From Nageia nagi (taxonomy: Eukaryota > Plantae > Pinophyta): a stretch of DNA of 64,000 nucleotides. The stretch is from contig JBITNC010000002.1 of the NCBI GenBank assembly GCA_050084985.1, positions 10,912,001 through 10,976,000 on the forward strand. Direction: 5' to 3'. The notes under the pieces were generated by a model that was given only the letters and a program-made list of their open reading frames with translations, had not been told where the DNA came from and ran no database searches. Below, in pieces: positions 53,760 to 64,000 of the stretch (positions are counted from its first letter, which is position 1; the number at the start of each line of letters is the position of its first letter). The translations under genes and the position numbers were made by a program.

Positions 53760-55171
53760 CACCTTTCTTACATGTGCCCTATATTCCATTATATAATATG
53801 CTCTTGCATCCATTGTTATTCTACCCCTATATTCCCTTATAATAAGATATGGCATGTATCCCTCCTTTAAAATAGTGATTGACATGTGTTCGCCCATGTA
53901 ATCCCTTTTGAATGTGATATAAAATGGGTAACAATATGCCCATTTTATTGGCAAGGCATTTGAGGCCTACTATGCTTATAGATTTACAAGGACCATAAGT
54001 AAACCGAAGTCTTTGAAAGATAAGATTCAATCTGCAAGCCATTTAAACATGTAAATATCTAGCCATGGAGAATACAATGAAGTGGTAGAAGCTAAAACTT
54101 TCATCAGAGACAAAACAGAGTACTGATAGGTTTGTTTATGAAAACATTATTTCAAGGCTTGGGTTCCTGCTTCCATTCTCAAATAAGTCACTTTGTGAAG
54201 ATATGAGGTAAAAACTGAACATAAAGCACACTCAATCAAATGCCCATTGCATGCAAATCTAGCAAGCAGAAGCAACAAATAAGGCATCTACCAGTAATGT
54301 TTACATAAATAGCATACAACAGACTTATTAGCTCAAATCTTTCTATCATATGTATATGCAGAATGATGTTTTCCAAGTTTATTAACTATACAACACAACA
54401 TAGAAAGTCTACTGGAACAAGACAGATCGGCTCTAATACCTTGTTTAACGCCACTGCTCAACCGGCATATTTAATGGAATACATAAGCAAGGTTTTCAAG
54501 TGAAACACACAGGCCTACTTAAAGGAAAACCAAGCTCCAGAGCAAGAAGACCAATAGTCTTGCTTCAGATGGAGAGAAGAAAATGCAAACCTCACATAGT
54601 ACAACCAGCAAAGATCGAGGCCTTTATGCAATTTCTGTTATTAGTTAGACGAATCTTGGTCCTAGTTTTTACGAAGAGAAATAATTAAATTTCCCAAAAG
54701 TTATGGAGAAAAAATGAGCGATAACAAAGATGCAAATTTCTGTCTAATGGAGCTTAAACGGTGCAAATCTTAGGAGGCTTTTGAACCATCAAAGACTTGG
54801 CATAAAACATGGCAAAAACTAGGTTCATACAAGCTTGTAAATCACATATTTCTTAAAAAGGGACCAAAAGTTACAGGTAGGCAAAGACTCCAAATTTGAT
54901 TAAAAACTTAACGAAAGTTTTGCGAAACTTTATCTTTTCAGTCAAATGCAAGCATTCAATTCGTCAGACTTCTTGAAGGTTACTTACTCAAATGTGAATA
55001 TTGATTTCTACAGAATCCATGAATTTACTTATGAGTACTTTGTCAAACTTGGCAGAGTTCTGTTACAATTCAAAAAAAATTGATAAAAACATATTTGATA
55101 TGCATAGGTGACAAATATAACTTAAACTAACAACTTTCAAACTCATTTGATTAAACTACATTCTCACTTAC

Positions 55172-55336
55172 CATGAGTTGGGGACCATTGCACAGCATTC
55201 ACAGCTTTTGTGTGACCTTCCAGTTTTATTGATTGCCCTTTTGGTATCCTGCTATGATGTGCATTACCCTCTCCATAATGCCTCAGCTGTGCTTGGATCC
55301 GAGAGGGCAGCTTTAAATCAGCAATGCTACCAACAA
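55172..55336 (-). CDS. WDR25: WDR25-like, exon 2
   Basis: Acceptor TTTCAG|TT, donor ATG|GTAAG; VGSIADLKLP..LEGHTKAVNAVQWSPTH. Confidence 0.9.
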
Positions 55337-55484
55337 CTGAAATGCCCACAAAAATAAATATCCCATACTCAAATTAATATCAACAGATTTGCAAAGAACG
55401 TTTCAAGGAGCATCCAACCAGGAATGGGAGCTTTGGGTTCAAGTCCTGATCATATATAGAAAGAAAAAAGCTGAGGATAAAAAC

Positions 55485-55740
55485 CTGGATTTTGGGTGCA
55501 CTGAAGATCAGAATTTGATATTTGTGATGTGCGCTCTCGCTTTGAAATATATCTACCAACTGATGCATAATTATTATATGCCTCGCTCTCATTGAATTTT
55601 TTTTCTTGCCACAATTTTCTTCTCTTTGGATTTTCTTGTGCGCTTGGGTAGGACGTATAAGTATGATTTTGATGGGGTTGTGATTGATTTTCAGCTTGAG
55701 TATCGTCATCATCTGAATATGCAACTCGCAATAAATCCAT
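55485..55740 (-). CDS. WDR25: WDR25-like, exon 1
   Basis: MDLLRVAYSDDDD..GRYISKRER; donor CAG|GTTT; four exons total 1281 nt = 426 aa plus stop. Confidence 0.85.
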
Positions 55741-58699
55741 GGGACTTTTTGGCTTTGGCTAGTCAATCAAATCCAACAGTCGTATATCCGATCAATGTTC
55801 AACATAAAAGTCCAGTGAAGGAAATGAAGTGTGCAATATCCCAACCCCATAACATGTAAGACCCCCCGGTAGTTAGATACTGAGACACCATGGGAACTCA
55901 AAATTTAGAGCCTGCTACTCCCTTCGGACCTTGGTTCGTTCTTTAAAGCTTTTTCATTACTTGTGTATTTAACCACTAGCATCAAAGTGTAGCATCTAAA
56001 CTTAATATACCAAATGGAATGTCATGCACATATTAAATATCAAAACTAATCTATTTTCAATATGGACAACCATAACCATTAACTCCTATTTGATCTCCTC
56101 TACACAACCGTCAAACTCTCTTATGCCTATTTTGCTTAATATTTTGAACACACTTCAAATTATTCGACATGGATAGTATACTTCATGAATTACATTTGAC
56201 CATGTTTTGAGTAAGTCATGTGCTCACCTCCATCACAAGTATGGACACCCTATACCTCTTATATGAGGTTTGATGGTCGCTTCCCCTCCATAGATGCCAC
56301 TTTTCATCTCCTATATTATACTCGAGCCAACACTTTACTATGGATTCAATTTTGTGAATTTAGAGCTCTCTATTTCCATTGTATACCCTTTTACTTTTTA
56401 TCTTCATTTTTATGTTTGCATATCTATCAAAATCAATCATGCAAATACTCATTTTGATTTCCTCATACATCTAAATCTCTCTTTCTTCCTTAATAATCCC
56501 TATATCTCAAGTTCATCCATGGCTTCTTGCTATCAAAGGTGTTAAACAATCTTCTTCAATCTGAGTGCACAAAAACCCTTCAATTTTTTTGAGATCAAGC
56601 CAAACATCTCCTAACAACAACATTAAGCCAAAGTAGAAGTCAATTTTTAAAATTGATGGAATTTATAGAATTCAATTTTTTAGTTGAGAAACAACACGTG
56701 TTATGGCTCCATAAAACATTCTTATGATAGGTATTGAGGAAAATAGTAGGTATAAAGTGATTTTTTGGTTATATACTATTTATTTCAACTATTACATATC
56801 TTTTATTTTATTTTATACTTTAAATGGAATGAGGATTGATCAAACCATGAGAAACCAATTTTAGAGAGGAAGCTCTTAAATACTATTACTAATGATATAT
56901 TGTTTGAAATGTTTTGCAAGCTATTAATCATATGAAGGAGGTATTTACCTAAACCCATCTCTTTTGAATGTAGGAAATTAAGATAAGAACAAGATTTTGT
57001 TGTGTTATGTTATCTATTTTTGTGTGTAGGAATACAAAATTAAAAAGTCTCAAATATTAAAAATCAAATTTGAATCACTTTTGGATAAGAAAGCAAAGTA
57101 AGAAAATGTGTGAAACTTTTTTGAGGCTTTAAGAAAATATGTACATGATTTCTTAAAGATAGAGAAGCACCAAAGTTGTCATAGATAAAATAGAAGGCAA
57201 GTTATAAGGATATCAACTTTATCTATATTTGTTTAAATTTATCTTATGTTTTAGGATTTTATCCCCTTTTATACTTTTAACTTTATTTGTGATTGCTCAT
57301 TTTGTTTATTTCTAACATTTTACCATAGGGCTAACATTTTATTTAATCAAAATTAATCTTTCTTTTTAAGCATTTATTTCCTTCACTTGTTGGTAAGAAT
57401 ACTTAAAATTTTTAAGTACATAAAATATCTAAACCTCAAAAAAAAAAAAACATATCATATTTAAAAAAAAAAGAGAGACTGAAATTTTGTATGCTTTCCT
57501 CTTACACCACAAGGTGATATGGAGGATGAATAGAACCTAAAGTATCCTCTTCAATAAATGAATAATGATTCACACACACAAATTTTCTTTAAAGCAATAA
57601 CATATTAAGAAGAAATCAAGATTTATGTATACGCTCTCTCACATTAAAGTTGATCTTGAGGATCAACAACATCCTTAATTTCTACGTAAATGAACATTTT
57701 ATTTTACATGAGCATATACTCGTTCAAGGTTTATGTATGCTCTTCCCTTGTATTTAAAGATAATCTTGGGAATTAAAAAAAAAAAAATTGATTTCCCTTA
57801 TATCTTAGATATAGCTACTTGAATTGTATCATTGAGAGTTATCATTACCTCTTAGATTTGATCACTAAGAGACCAATTTAGGCTAGAGACTATGTGTTGA
57901 TAATCTATAAAAATTGAAAAGGAACATGTTACTATGATGGACCATAATAACCATATGATGTTAGGGGAAGAACCCCAATACTCACACCATAGATAACACT
58001 CTCATAATACAATTTGGTCCCCATGTACCTTTGGGTGTTTATAGGACTTCGTATAAGACATTAAGATGAAATTAACATTAACAACCATATTCTACCTAGC
58101 ATGTGATACAGTAAAAAATACTACTTTGGGGAGATCACTCCATTGAACTTATTGAATAGTTTGATAATGTGGTTAGGGATGGTGTGACCACCCTAGTTAG
58201 TGCTATGAAATTATTGGATCGAGTAGCATTTTAAGTGATTCAAATAGTATTCTTGGAGTCACATGCTAGTCAATCCCTATCCTAGATTATTTATCCTATT
58301 CTATCACTTATAATTATGTTATTAAAAAATAAATAAAATATTTTTGAAACACCAAGCATAAAGTTTAATTTTGACCTCTTAACCATCACATTAACACAAA
58401 CAGCCCTCTATATTTTTTACATAATAATATTTTGAAACCTTTTTTTACATCTATAAAAGTGGGTAGATGATTATTACTAACTATATTAAATTTGAAAAAT
58501 CACTTACATGTTTTCTTAGATAAGATAGTTTTCACAAATTTGGACCAATTCCACACTATCCTATAGTCCTAACCTATAGTTAATTAATACGAGAGTCATT
58601 CCCTTCTACCAATTAGTCAAACATGTAGGTATTTGCTACATAAGATTATTCATCCCAACAAAGGAAATATGTTCCTCTAATCCTTCCCATAAATGACCC

Positions 58700-60810
58700 T
58701 CATTGACCAACTACTTGATGAAAATCCAATAAATTTAATTAAATACTTGAGAAATAATCATCAAATGTTAGAAGAATGAAACCTACACCTTAGGGAAGGA
58801 CCCATGGAAACCCAAAATCCATCTCCTCACCTCAACCTAATCCATTTCTTGAACCCCATGATAACCTAACCTTCAACATGTTCAACCTACCTAATCCTAT
58901 AAATAATATCCTCAATCTTTCAAACCACTTCCATGATTTTGTCCCATGTCAATTGCCCAAACCATATCACAAACATCCTTATCCTCTCTAAATTTACCTA
59001 ACCATAAATATCATTTACCCTTCCAAATATCTCTACCATAAATATTCCCCAATCTGTCATACTCTAAACATTTTGTAATCCCTCCTGTTATTTTTGCTAC
59101 TTAGGTCATCTCAAACATTTTCCAACTACAATATCATTAATCATACCAAAGTATCCACCCTCTTATTATAATTTAAACATAACCTATATTGCATATATAA
59201 TCAAATAAACCCCCATTCTATGTTACTCCAATATTATAACCACATACATCACATTATCTTCAAATACAAACCTACCTTTACATCCCCTCAAAACCATAAA
59301 CATAACATTATCTTTAAAAATAAACCTATATTAGCATCTCATCATAACCATAACCATAACTATAAAATTATCTCCAACAACAACAAACTTATCCCAATCT
59401 ACCAATTCCCAAATACATTCCATTCACTTCATATTTACTTCCTAATATTAACATATTCTAAGCCCAAACGTCATTAGTTGGGCTTCTTAATCTTGCAAAT
59501 ACCAACATTATATAAAATTTTGTACAAATAAACCCTAACCTTCTAAATAATTATTTTGATGAACAAATCTTAAACTAAGTAATTATTCTTGAAATATGAA
59601 CTCGAGTATATGATTATGAGAAACCCATATATAATTAACATTTCAATGATCATATCTACCTATTAGTTCTAATAAAGTAATACCCGTTGAACATTGAGCT
59701 TCCAAAGTTTGACAAATTTAAATAAAAACAAGAAGACCAACTATACATATTTAAAGACTCTTGTTACATAATAAGTAACAATGATGCACTTATATTAACG
59801 ATATTCCCCATAATGCTTGCAGAGAAATCCATTCATTGGTATAATAACTTTCCAAAGCATAACTTTAATAAAATTGTGAATATAGTTTTGGACCATTTCT
59901 ACATTAGCATTAAGAATACATCCCTCTCCTACTAGTATAGTCTAAAATAATTTTATGATGAACCCCTTGATGATTATATCTAAAGATGGAAAGGGATGAT
60001 ATATCATTTGATATTTTTTATATCTTAAAATAAATTGCTAAATCAAGAAAAGATTAGATCTAAAAAAAAAGATTGAAATAACTTCTTGATAATGGAATAG
60101 TTGAATATAAAGATCGGGAAATGATCAAACCTCTTGCTAATCAAGACATCCATAAAATAGATAACATGGTTAACATGATTATCCATGGGGAAGAGGAAAA
60201 ACACTCTTCATCATCATCATCAAAAGAGGAGTGCAATGTGGCCACAAGAAGAAAGAAAATATATATTCCTAATCCTGCCATAATTCCTACTAGTAATGTA
60301 TCTCATGCTCTTCCTAATGAAAAGTTCAATATGATTGTGTTCATCAATTAAAGAATACTCAATTGAATATTAGTATGTATGAGTTGATTATGATATCTGC
60401 TAGATATAGAAAATCTTTATTCAAGGCATTAGATGGTGAACTTGTTGATACTAACATATCGATATTGTATTTGTATATATTTTTGAGTCTTCTGAATAGG
60501 TTAATTTGGTACAATTTAATGATGAAGAGCTACCTTCACAAGAGGTCTTAGATTGTATTTTGACATTACACATCAATATAAACATCAATGGGAAGACTAA
60601 AAAGGAAGCATTGGTTGATATTGGTTTAGGTATCAACACTTACTCACTCAAATTTCTTAACGAGTTTAATGAAAAGTTACTTTAAAAGGTCAAAAAGTCA
60701 ACCATAAGAATCAAGGGCTTTGATAATACTAATAAACAATGTATTGGCTACATTTATCTCCCAACAAAGGTAGGATCAAAGACTATAGAAACAAAGACAT
60801 ATGTTATAGA
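58700..60810 (+). mobile_element. Degenerate Gypsy gag-protease remnant
   Basis: IELPKFDKF at ~59693; NISMYELIMISARYRKSL; protease-like ALVDIGLGINT at ~60608-60640. Confidence 0.7.
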
Positions 60811-61149
60811 TTAAAAAATTATCATATAAGAGTTATTATAAGTGACTGTGTGCAACTTATACAATTTTTTCTGTTAAGTTCATCAATGCAAAAAATAAAC
60901 ATAACAAGATTAAGTAATATAAACATAAAGCATGAATTACAAGAGTAGTGAAGGAAAAGAGAAGTTGTGACGAAGTCGATTAGGGCTTTTTGAGTATGCA
61001 AATTACAAATTAGAGAATATTGATGTTATAGCAAATCCCTTACCAAGTTGAAATGCAATCGAATGATGTTAACAATGCAATGAATAAGGCACTATGCAAA
61101 CCAAAACCTAAGCCTACACATGAATGAATCAACATTATTAATAGGGATC

Positions 61150-62200
61150 AAGAAAAAATCGAGAAGGAGATCGAAGTTGATCTTGAGATCAAGATCATTG
61201 ATAATAAAACTCACATAATAGTCCTAAAAGATATTATGAATCTGGAAACTGATTGACAAAAGAATACTTTGATCAGAAGGTTTGTGGGATTTAGACCAAG
61301 TATGGATACAATTCGAAGATGGATGTTTGAAAAATGGAAAACAAAGGAGGGAGTGTATCTAGTGGCACTACCAAGAGAATTTTTACTCTTTAATTTCAAG
61401 TGTGAAGAATATATGGAAAAGGTCATTGAGTTAGGGCCATGGTTCCTTCGTAGAAAAGTATTGGTACTCAAATAGTGGTATAAGGGATTTATACCAAATA
61501 CTAAAAACACTAATCTGATCCCAACTTGGTTAGCCTTCTAAACTTGCCAATAGAGTTTTGGAATGCAAGTTTTATTGTTGGAATCACAAATGGGATTAGT
61601 TCATTGGTATCAATAGATAAGGTAACTAGATCTCGAAGAAAAATGATTAATGCTTGCTTTTATGTCAACATTGACATAACTAAGGAACTAAGGAAGAGAA
61701 TTTTTATTTATGAAGGTGTGAAGAAGATGGAGGGACTTATGAGCATGAAATAGTATATGAAAACCTTCCTATTTGTTGTAATATGTGCAAATAATTTGAC
61801 CATTTTGCTAAGGACTTCATTGAAAAGAAGAAAGAAACAAAAAAAGATGAGACGGCATGGAGGCCTATTCAAGGAAAAAATAATAAAAGACATGATCATC
61901 CTCATGTACAAAAATAGACATAAGATAAAACTCAAATTTGAAAAGGAAAAAAATTCATAAGTAGAAACCCTTATAATGCATTAAGTATGTTTGACGATAA
62001 TGATGTAGACGAAGCGTAGCCCGATAGTAGTGAGGATGAAATTGAAAAGGATCCAAATGAGAGAAAATCAACATAAATATAAATGAATGAAAAATCAAGA
62101 AATATGATCCACAAAAGAAAAAGAAACAAAGCAAATCAAGGATAAGGAACTCTATACAAGGTACACAATAGGAGGAAGAAAATATTCCATTAAGACAACA
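61150..62200 (+). mobile_element. L1 LINE ORF1 remnant (DUF4283-type)
   Basis: RFVGFRPSMDTIRRW..LGPWF..LVLK*W; NLPIEFWN; YENLPICCNMCK*FDH zinc knuckle. Confidence 0.85.
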
Positions 62201-62899
62201 ATACTAATTTAGGAAGATAACAAATGTGGGTCAAAATCATATGGGAAGATCATCCCATCAAGAACTAAGGGATAAGAGGATAATAAAAGAAATTGCAAAT
62301 GGATTTCAGCATATGTTTGATATGCATGGGCTCCTTTTGTTCCCTATCAATAAATCTTAAGCATTTAATAAAACTTTTATAGGGTTGTATTTGAGCTACA
62401 ATTAAGCTGCGATTGGGATACTATATATTAGATGTTTTGGCTACCATCAAGTTATGGTTGGATATAAATAGTAAAATACTTTGATCCAATGGATACATAA
62501 TGATATATATTTGTACCAAGTTTTGGGATCCTATTAAAACCTGTGCTTTTTATAATATAATTTACCCTTATTATCAAAAACAAATCAATATAACATCTTA
62601 TTAGGGAGACTGGATTCATGCCATGGGGGTATTTTCTTCAACCTTGCATGCATTCTTGAAGTTTCAACATTAAGAACAAGTTTACACAATCAACATAGAA
62701 TATGATCCAAAGATCATGATTGGAAGGGTACAAATTACTTTCATCCCTAATTAAATTAAGAAAGTAATAAAAGAAAAGAATAAGAAACCAAATATCAAGG
62801 AAACTAAAATGGGGATGTACAAATTCAAAGATGAAAAAATCAAAAACTCAATCAATGAACATGGGAAACCTTAGACAAAGGATCTCCTGAAGGAGATGA

Positions 62900-63399
62900 A
62901 ATAGTTGTTTATCTCCACCCAAGATCACCTTGGATGGAATCTTCTACTAATATTAAGAACACATAAATCATTCATATAAGAGAACTCAAACATGTATAGT
63001 GGTTACTCCAACTATGGGAGTACATCCACTTGAACCATCTCAAATTCTATTATCTCAAGAACTTTAACTCTCTCTACAACTAGAAGCATATTCAAGCTTC
63101 CTACAAGATCAAGCTCTCCTCATACTACAAGCATGAGAGTGCTTTCTACAAGTGTGTTTTACAACAAGAGCAAGCCCTCTATTTATAGGTGAAAACCTTA
63201 TCTTAACTCACCTTTTTATCCATGGTTTACATGGTGTTAGAATGAAAAAGTGTCATGCTTAAGTGTAATTCAAAGTCTTTTGTTATTTAATCACTTTTAG
63301 GTATTAAGTAATAAAATAAGGAGTTACATAAAAGGAGCATTAATAATTATATATCATCTAGAGACTAACTTACACAATAATACATTATATGCTCTAACA
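62900..63399 (-). mobile_element. Probable solo LTR related to LTR 3556-4016
   Basis: Shares GTGGTT..GGGAGTACATCCAC, CCTCTATTTATAG and terminal CTAACA; left end approximate. Confidence 0.7.
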
Positions 63400-64000
63400 T
63401 CTCTAGCATCAATGCTCTCAAAAGTGTCAACACATGCATGAAAAGATAATAAAAATAGATTCAAGAGGTACTCTATAATGAACATAATGCATCATCTAAT
63501 TCTAAGATTGAAAGGTCAAGCACAAAGGAAAAATCAATCATTAGACAAAAATCAAAGAAGAAGATAAGAACAAGCAATCCAAAGTTGATATGATCATTAA
63601 TACACCTTTCATTTCAAATTACTTAGGAATTCATAAGCATAAAGGAGGTTCTTGTAGAAAATATAAGAAATAAATTGAATCCATAGATAAAGTATTAAAA
63701 GACCACCCACAATGGGATCTAAAGGAAAAAAAGTGGGGTAGGACATGGTAAAAGGAATGAGACAAATTTTGATTCTAGTTCAAAGAGCTTAGGGTTAGAG
63801 AGTGGAAGTTGAGATTCATAGGATAAAATAGTAGCAATGGTAGAAATCTCAAAAATTCTTAAATTCCTAAGACTTTAAAAAAAGGATCTAAAATAAGGCA
63901 TAAAAGCATCAATATTGTCAACAATATTAGCACTAGGAAATCAAAGAATGATTCAACTAGTATATAAAAATTCTCATTAGGTTCCCTTCCCTTGGATATG

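Noticed and set aside
54430-54441. PBS-like GCTCTAATACC in intron 2
   Set aside because: No paired LTR or internal domain could be supported
57900-58290. Possible Cassandra/5S-containing LTR
   Set aside because: No recognisable 5S A/C-box sequence

Overview
AT-rich plant nuclear DNA. The style of the PPR fragments, the TE families and the TE-expanded intron suggest a gymnosperm or other large-genome plant (inference). Only three apparently intact host genes are present, all on the minus strand: a 4-exon WD40-repeat gene (WDR25-like, about 426 aa, 46984-55740, with a 7.2 kb TE-filled intron 2) and two paralogous intronless 96-aa single-pass membrane protein genes (31019-31309 and 41591-41881). 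The rest is nested, decayed transposable elements: Copia elements and solo LTRs, a large CACTA, a complete 1.1 kb non-autonomous CACTA, LINE remnants, Gypsy remnants and tRNA-derived SINEs. Most notable: (i) a Copia family whose long 5' leader has conserved flanks and a variable middle that, in one copy, carries sense-oriented host gene fragments (FZL dynamin-like GTPase and PLS-PPR); (ii) the small membrane-protein pair, one copy with a W-box-rich promoter; (iii) a degenerate hexameric CCCTAA (TTAGGG-type) array inside the large CACTA, split by a solo LTR; (iv) a Pack-CACTA carrying a PPR fragment; (v) a chimeric Copia with two integrases between two copies of a 2.3 kb duplicated segment. All calls were made by eye; no database searches were run.
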